From an uncultured archaeon (GTDB lineage: Archaea; Asgardarchaeota; Lokiarchaeia; Sigyniarchaeales; SOKP01), in assembly GCA_964486045.1 (NCBI GenBank), contig CAZALK010000010.1:32001-96000 (forward strand): DNA of 64,000 bases, read 5' to 3'. The notes under the pieces are model-generated. The model did not search any database, was not told the origin of the DNA, and worked only from the letters and a program-made list of their open reading frames with translations. Position numbers and translations under genes: made by a program. This document shows, in pieces, positions 58,218 to 64,000 of this stretch. Positions within the stretch are counted from its first letter, which is position 1; each line of letters starts with the position of its first letter.

Positions 58218-59024
58218 TTGAAAATGAATATTGGCATATTATCAAAGAGAACAACGACATTTGCAGGAAAAATAAAAAAATATTATGAAAACAAAGGCTT
58301 CAAAGCTACAATTTATACTTTAGATACTCTTGTCATCAATAAGACTCTTTTTAAAAATGATTTTTATATCCTAAAATCAAAAAATCTATTCTTTTTGTAT
58401 GCCGGGTTTTTTTTGGAAGCAAATAATATACCCGTTATACCAAATCCACAAGTTTCTTTTAGGCAAAAAAATCGAATACAATCCCATTTCCTCATAGAAA
58501 AAGCAGGCCTATTAACCCCGAGGTTTTATTTAGGTACTAAAGAAACATTACTAGATCAACTAGATTCAAAAGTTTTTCCTTTAATACTAAAACCAATTAT
58601 GGGCTCAGGAAGTATAGGTGTAAAAGTTATCAATTCTATTAAAGAATTAAAAAAAGAAGAAAACAAAATTCTATATCTTGAAGATTTTATAAAAGGAATA
58701 CATTACAATGTTTATTTTATAGATAAATGTGTCTGTACTTTAATCAAACCATCGTTATCTAATGAACATGTTGAGATGAAGGTAATAAAAACGTCCAAAG
58801 ACATTAGGGAGTTGATTAAAAAGTGGAGATTTTTCCTCACCGAGAATAATCTATTTGGACATTTGGATTTAGTTAGAGATGAATCAAGTAAAGAATTATA
58901 TGTTGTAGATCCAGGTTCATTCCCCGAATTTACAAATTGGAATTGTAATGAATCTCCAGTTAAGAAAATCTGTGATTTAATATTAAATAAATATGAGGAA
59001 AAGAAAGCTAATTTGGACAATTAA
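58218..59024 (+). CDS. ATP-grasp protein (ITPK1/RimK-like)
   Basis: 'FPLILKPIMGSGSIGV', 'YLEDFI', 'GHLDL...YVVDPGSFPEF'. Confidence 0.72.
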   Translation: MKMNIGILSKRTTTFAGKIKKYYENKGFKATIYTLDTLVINKTLFKNDFYILKSKNLFFLYAGFFLEANNIPVIPNPQVSFRQKNRIQSHFLIEKAGLLTPRFYLGTKETLLDQLDSKVFPLILKPIMGSGSIGVKVINSIKELKKEENKILYLEDFIKGIHYNVYFIDKCVCTLIKPSLSNEHVEMKVIKTSKDIRELIKKWRFFLTENNLFGHLDLVRDESSKELYVVDPGSFPEFTNWNCNESPVKKICDLILNKYEEKKANLDN

Positions 59025-59047
59025 AATTATTTTTTAACAAAATAATA

Positions 59048-60022
59048 GTGAAAATGAGCAATAAAGAAGAGTTAGAAGAATATGAGATTTTTGGAATAAA
59101 ACAAAAAGTTAGATTATATAAAATCAAAAACTTCATCTTTGATTTTGGAGGTGTATTAATTGAGAAAACCTTTGTGCTTAAAAATTTACTTGACATGCTT
59201 GAAGCGGATTTGAATATTACCATTCCTCGATTTGAAAATCCATATATCAGGAAATTGAAACGTAAATTAAGTTCTGGAAGAATTTCCTCCCGGATATTTT
59301 TAGAAAGGATTTTTAACAGATTTTATTATCCATTTCAGAAAAAGAATGGAACTCTACCTTCAAAAAAAGTGAATGTGGATTATTACTTAGAATTATGGTT
59401 TGATTTATACTCTCAAGTCACTCATGTGTCTGGAGAAATGGCAGAAATCATTGAGCGTTTACATCAAGCCGGATATATAGTAAGCTTAATGTCAAACACT
59501 CATGAAATCCATGTTAGATCAAATAATTTAAGAGGCTTTTATGATTCCTTTGATAATACTTTTCTATCAAATGAAATTGGGCTTATCAAGCCTGATATGG
59601 AGAAATATAAATATGTGATAAATAAATTAGGCACAAAACCAAAAAATTGTATCTTTATTGACGATAAAATTCAAAATTTAGTCCCAGCTAGAGAATTAGG
59701 GATTATAGTTATCAGATTTGAATCATTTGAAGATTTTAAAGTGAAATTAAATGAATTGGGAATAGGAGAAATCAGTAAGGATTTAAGAAATAAAATAAGA
59801 AAAAAATATAAGAAGTACAAAAAGACAAAAAAAAGGTATAATATAGCAAAGAAAGAATATAAAGAAGCAAAAAAAGAATACCTAAAAAAGAAAAGGAATT
59901 CTCTGAAAAGAAAATTAGAATTCCAACAAAAAAGAGCTGAATATAATAAAAGAAAAACTGAATACAAGAAAGAAAAGAAAAAGAAAAAACAAGACCTCAT
60001 TTCAAAAATAAAGATAACTTAA
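59048..60022 (+). CDS. HAD-superfamily phosphatase with an extremely Lys-rich C-terminal helix
   Basis: Motif I 'IFDFGGV', II 'MSNT', III 'KPD', IV 'FIDD'; about 80-aa polybasic tail. Confidence 0.85.
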   Translation: MKMSNKEELEEYEIFGIKQKVRLYKIKNFIFDFGGVLIEKTFVLKNLLDMLEADLNITIPRFENPYIRKLKRKLSSGRISSRIFLERIFNRFYYPFQKKNGTLPSKKVNVDYYLELWFDLYSQVTHVSGEMAEIIERLHQAGYIVSLMSNTHEIHVRSNNLRGFYDSFDNTFLSNEIGLIKPDMEKYKYVINKLGTKPKNCIFIDDKIQNLVPARELGIIVIRFESFEDFKVKLNELGIGEISKDLRNKIRKKYKKYKKTKKRYNIAKKEYKEAKKEYLKKKRNSLKRKLEFQQKRAEYNKRKTEYKKEKKKKKQDLISKIKIT

Positions 60023-60045
60023 CGATTACATATTATATTACTAAA

Positions 60046-61146
60046 TTATGTATTTTCTTCATTCTCTTCTTTTTCTTTATTAAATTCTTCAACTTTTTGC
60101 ATTATTGATTCTGATGGTGTTGTTGGTATAGGTATTTTTTCATAAACTTCAATAAATTTTACATCCTCAATTTCTTCTGCCATATGTGTTTGTAAGTCCA
60201 TGGCAAGCCCGAATTTAACATATGTTAAATTTTGGAAAAGAAGCATCTTTGGAATTATAATTTCAAGTGTTTTATCATCCTTGATGTAATTAACTTTAAA
60301 TTCAGATATATTCTCATTAGGAATTCCTTTATTTATCATAAAATACTCTATTTTTGCATTGAAATCTTCTATTTTGTCTATGATTTCTAAATTATAATCA
60401 AGATTTTGTCCTGCTAAAGGGTGATTGTAATCGATAATAACTCTTCCTTGAACAACATTAGTTATTACACCTCTTTGTCCTTTTTTATTTAAGAACTCAC
60501 GGCCTAATTCGGGATTCTTACCTTCACTTACCTTTCGAAATTTAGCAATACCCATTCTTTCTATTTTCTGGGGATCTCTTTTCCCATATGCTTTAGAAGT
60601 GGGAATTCTAACCGATTTTTTCTCAAAGTAGTTCATTTCTTTAATTATTTCTGTAAGACCTTCATTCAAAAATCCAGGCTTTCCTACAATAACAAATTCA
60701 GGAGTATAAAAACCTTTTTCAGCCTTCTTTTCATCATATGTTCCTGCTTTTTTAGCATCTTCTTCACTAGAAACTCTAAATATAATACCTTTTTGGGTGC
60801 GTCCAGTTAATTTAACTAATATAAAATCTCCTTCTTCAACTTTTTTTCCTTGTAATTTTGATTTTTTTTGTTCTAATCTTTTTAATTCTTCTTGTATCTT
60901 TTCCACTTCTTTCTCTTCTATAGATGCTTCTTCAACAGCGTTAGTAGGACTTGTTTTAGGAGTTTCTTTCAAAATTACTTTAGCATTTTCTATAATTTTT
61001 GAAGCAGTTGCTTTTCCAATTCCCTTAAGTGCAGTTAAATCGTCAGTTTTTGCATTAGCTAATTTTTCAACTGTATCAATACCGGCTTGCTTTAAAGTAT
61101 CCTCTTTTTTGCCAACGCCTTTTACATCACTTAAACTAAAACTCAT
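60046..61146 (-). CDS. slyD: Long-type FKBP peptidyl-prolyl isomerase (SlyD-like) with an N-terminal helix-hairpin-helix domain
   Basis: HhH 'VKGVGK...LKGIGKATASKI'; FKBP 'KAYGKRD...IDYNHPLAGQNL'. Confidence 0.85.
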   Translation of the reverse strand: MSFSLSDVKGVGKKEDTLKQAGIDTVEKLANAKTDDLTALKGIGKATASKIIENAKVILKETPKTSPTNAVEEASIEEKEVEKIQEELKRLEQKKSKLQGKKVEEGDFILVKLTGRTQKGIIFRVSSEEDAKKAGTYDEKKAEKGFYTPEFVIVGKPGFLNEGLTEIIKEMNYFEKKSVRIPTSKAYGKRDPQKIERMGIAKFRKVSEGKNPELGREFLNKKGQRGVITNVVQGRVIIDYNHPLAGQNLDYNLEIIDKIEDFNAKIEYFMINKGIPNENISEFKVNYIKDDKTLEIIIPKMLLFQNLTYVKFGLAMDLQTHMAEEIEDVKFIEVYEKIPIPTTPSESIMQKVEEFNKEKEENEENT

Positions 61147-61390
61147 AATTAACCCATTCAATTAAAATATAATAAATATAGAATAAAGAGTTAGGTTTTC
61201 AAATATATGATTACTTTTAGATTTTTCTAATTTTTGAATATCATTATGAGACTGGTTTATATAGTATTCCTAAACCAGATGCATAATTTTTTACTTCTTG
61301 CATTTCTTGAGATGTCGGTCTTCGATTTATTTCTGGATAATCAAAACTATGATACTGAGGTCTATATTTTTTATTATTAACCAATGAAAA

Positions 61391-62563
61391 TTAAGTCCAG
61401 AACTCTCTTTTTCTTGGCAAACTTTTATCATAAATATTTATCATCTCTCTCATTAAGTCTGCTCCTAAACTGATTTGATCTCCTTTAACAGTATATTTTT
61501 TTTTAACTGGATCGTATTGGATGGAACCGGAATTAGAGACTGGTATGTTTAAGAATGGGGAATTTAAAATATCAGCAAGAAACTTGTTACTACCAGAAGT
61601 TATTCTTGATCTCCCCATTGTCCCATCCCCATCATAATAACCAAGTAGAAACGCTAACAATAGCTTCCGATGTTTAAAATGTGGTAGTCGTATATTTTTT
61701 GATTTCTTTTTTCCTACTATAAATCCATGAGAAATAAGATAGTTACAAAATTGAGTGTTAATTAATCTAATTCTTCGAAATACATGTATCTCACCTTCAG
61801 AAGTGATATATTTTTCAATACCGGGTTCATTGTTTATAATATCTAACCCAATAGAATCGGAAAACCTCTGCAGTAGAATGAAATCATCTTCTAGACACCC
61901 TACACCTAACCTATAATATGGTTCTCCTGCCTTATTTATACTATGTAATCTAATATATGCCTCAGCAAACAACCAACCTAACCAATATGCTTTTTCATTT
62001 GTATCAATTTTTTTAAAATAATCAAGTTTTAGATTAGGGTGCTGCTCTAATATACCATTTGAACCACGAGCATATAGCTTAAGTTTATTATAATTTTTAT
62101 AATTTTTAATGATAGTTCTAATATTATTCTTTACTGAATCAATCTTATCTATTAATTTTGAATCCGATTCTTTTAATATCCAATAATTAAAAGATTTTAT
62201 AAGGATATTTTCAATTTTCGTTAATAAATTTAAGCCTAATTGCTTTCCTTTTTGACTTTTTTGACATTTGTATCTAATATAATAAGGTTTTAAACCAAGC
62301 AACAGACTAAAGAATGCTGTATTTTCATTTGCTTTTCTGATACAAAAACAAGGATTTGGAATGAAAAATATTTGTTTTTTAATTGCTTTGAAAAGAGCAG
62401 TAGCATCAACAATTTTTTGTTCTTCTTCATCATTAGTAATAGTGATTCCAAAATCATCTTCAAAATTATTTATTCCACATTCTGGATTTATATTATAATC
62501 TTTACCTTTAAGCCTTACATCCTGCCTACAACTTAAGTCGTCTTTATTGTTTTTTTCGCTCAT
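61391..62563 (-). CDS. Free-standing LAGLIDADG endonuclease-like protein
   Basis: Two motifs: 'YFKKIDTNEKAYWLGWLFAEA' and 'AFLLGYYDGDG'. Confidence 0.8.
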   Translation of the reverse strand: MSEKNNKDDLSCRQDVRLKGKDYNINPECGINNFEDDFGITITNDEEEQKIVDATALFKAIKKQIFFIPNPCFCIRKANENTAFFSLLLGLKPYYIRYKCQKSQKGKQLGLNLLTKIENILIKSFNYWILKESDSKLIDKIDSVKNNIRTIIKNYKNYNKLKLYARGSNGILEQHPNLKLDYFKKIDTNEKAYWLGWLFAEAYIRLHSINKAGEPYYRLGVGCLEDDFILLQRFSDSIGLDIINNEPGIEKYITSEGEIHVFRRIRLINTQFCNYLISHGFIVGKKKSKNIRLPHFKHRKLLLAFLLGYYDGDGTMGRSRITSGSNKFLADILNSPFLNIPVSNSGSIQYDPVKKKYTVKGDQISLGADLMREMINIYDKSLPRKREFWT

Positions 62564-62855
62564 AATATATCAGTCTCAATCAAGTGAATTTTACTGCTTC
62601 CTACCATGCCGTTTATTCATCAATTACAATTTTTTTTTTTATAATCGGCATTATTCAATATTTTTTATAAATTTTCTATAAAAATACAAATATTTTCATT
62701 CTGTTCAACTATATAAAAATTTATGCTTATAAATTTTACGGAATATTTATAAAGGAAGAATTTATAAGAGGATTTCAATAGTATATATAAAGGCAAAATC
62801 GTTAGGTTGAAAAAGGCAAAAATTTATAAACATAGATACTTATTTAACACCTTAC

Positions 62856-62930
62856 ACTACTATTAACTATTCTGAATGAATACCTAATACTACTATTAAC
62901 ATTTTTGGATGAATACCTGATATTACTATA
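62856..62930. repeat. Degenerate 33-bp tandem repeat (about 2.3 copies)
   Basis: ACTACTATTAAC......GAATACCT units start at 62856 and 62889, with a partial copy at 62922. Confidence 0.6.
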
Positions 62931-63261
62931 ATGTTTTATGACTCCGGTTTAGATTTGGTAAGTTAACTTATTCTTTTTGTTTAATCTTTATAAAAATCTC
63001 TCATTCAGAATTGAAGACTTTTGATGATGTCAATTTTTTTCCTTTAGTTTATGATTTTTATCACATTATATGATATGGGTTTTAAAAATGAAGAAAAAGA
63101 CTCAGTGTTTCATAGGTTTTAAATCATATAAAATATTCAAGAAAGATAAATTAGGAATCTAAGCAGAAAGTTGCTTATTCAATAAAAAAAACCCTTTCTA
63201 CAGGTAGCTCAAAATCATTAAAACTTATATTAAAGACACTTGGATGGTGTTATAATTAATT

Positions 63262-63942
63262 ATGAGTAATATTAATATTATTTTGAAGAGATGTAATGAA
63301 GTTATTAATCAAGCAGAAGATGTTATAAAAAAGAATGAGCCTAGGCGTGTAATATACATTATTACCTCAATACAAAATATACTTAATACAGTATATTCAG
63401 GTGAAGTTCCTGATTATTTGAATTATGAATATTTTATTGAACATGTTTTTCCAAAAATTTCAAGTCAGCCTGAATATATTTCAAAATATAAAAAAATAGA
63501 TAAACTTGTTGTTTACTTGGAAACATTTAAAGCCTTTAGAGATGACTTAGATAGTGGTTTAATTTCACACCTTTCTAATATTATATCTGTGGATATTTTT
63601 AGTAGTTTGATTGATCAAGCAACTCAACTTCGAGAAAATAATACTGAACCATTGAATCGAGCTGCATGTGTACTAACCAGAATAGTGTTGGAAGATACAT
63701 TATTAAGATTAAGTAGAAATAATAACCTCACACTTTCTAATGAAAAAGCCTCTATAGCTAATGACGAATTGAGGAAGAAAAACATCTATGGCCAGGCAAA
63801 GTGGAGAGAGATCCAATCATGGTTAGATATTGGAAATAAAGCTGCTCACCCTGATCCAGAGTTTATGACAATTAGCGAAATAGATATAGATAATATGATA
63901 AATAATGTGAGGAGATTTACTGAATTATATCTCCAGAATTAA
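63262..63942 (+). CDS. HEPN/DUF4145-like protein
   Basis: 'AACVLTRIVLEDTL' and 'IGNKAAH' resemble DUF4145-type HEPN domains. Confidence 0.55.
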   Translation: MSNINIILKRCNEVINQAEDVIKKNEPRRVIYIITSIQNILNTVYSGEVPDYLNYEYFIEHVFPKISSQPEYISKYKKIDKLVVYLETFKAFRDDLDSGLISHLSNIISVDIFSSLIDQATQLRENNTEPLNRAACVLTRIVLEDTLLRLSRNNNLTLSNEKASIANDELRKKNIYGQAKWREIQSWLDIGNKAAHPDPEFMTISEIDIDNMINNVRRFTELYLQN

Positions 63943-64000
63943 TTTAAGAAAAACAATGAGATGATAATCTGTTATACTAATAAGGAAAACTCAATAATTT

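Noticed and set aside
894-61165. Many short ORFs antisense to or nested in long genes (e.g. 894..1121, 3033..3350, 26871..27173, 28580..28963, 46194..46601, 59671..60000, 60797..61165)
   Set aside because: Shadow frames of well-supported genes, with no motifs; their composition mirrors the sense-strand codon bias.
61252-61278. 8-bp inverted repeat CTGGTTTA/TAAACCAG upstream of slyD
   Set aside because: Short and AT-rich with an 11-nt loop; could be chance, and there is no supporting evidence.
61391-62563. Intein or group I/archaeal intron-encoded endonuclease
   Set aside because: No intein splicing motifs (N-terminal C/S, C-terminal HN) and no interrupted host gene or rRNA around it.
62856-62930. 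CRISPR array
   Set aside because: Only about 2 degenerate adjacent units, with no unique spacers and no cas genes.

Overview
Very AT-rich archaeal chromosomal DNA. The gene content points to an Asgard archaeon of the Lokiarchaeia/Promethearchaeota type: class I LysRS, aCPSF1/FttA, a diphthamide-less EF-2 paralogue, roadblock/longin/Rab-like/gelsolin proteins and intron-containing tRNAs. The left part (1-30 kb) is mostly housekeeping and metabolic. It also holds a tandem pair of coiled-coil paralogues, a GT87-exported protein-GT87 trio, a large Zn-finger/winged-helix/adaptin-ear-like protein, a two-intron tRNA-Gln and a candidate novel structured ncRNA. The main feature is a tightly packed minus-strand operon (33967-47921) with a complete chemosensory core (cheW, cheY, cheA, a cheW-cheC-cheC fusion, cheR, cheB, cheD, cheC). 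Interleaved with it are a longin-domain gene, a gelsolin-domain gene, a roadblock-Rab-like GTPase fusion and a cytoplasmic Ig-repeat gene. No MCP, CheF or archaellum gene is visible in the window. This suggests, by inference only, a chemotaxis pathway whose output is small-GTPase/actin remodelling rather than a rotary motor. The right part has tRNA-Gly (with intron), an inositol-phosphate cluster (MIPS, four ATP-grasp/ITPK1-like kinases, a HAD phosphatase), SlyD, a free-standing LAGLIDADG gene and a HEPN-like gene. Several genes missed or truncated by the ORF track (non-AUG starts, a Cys-rich micro-protein, pseudogenes) were recovered by manual reading. All family calls come from motif recognition by eye, not database searches.
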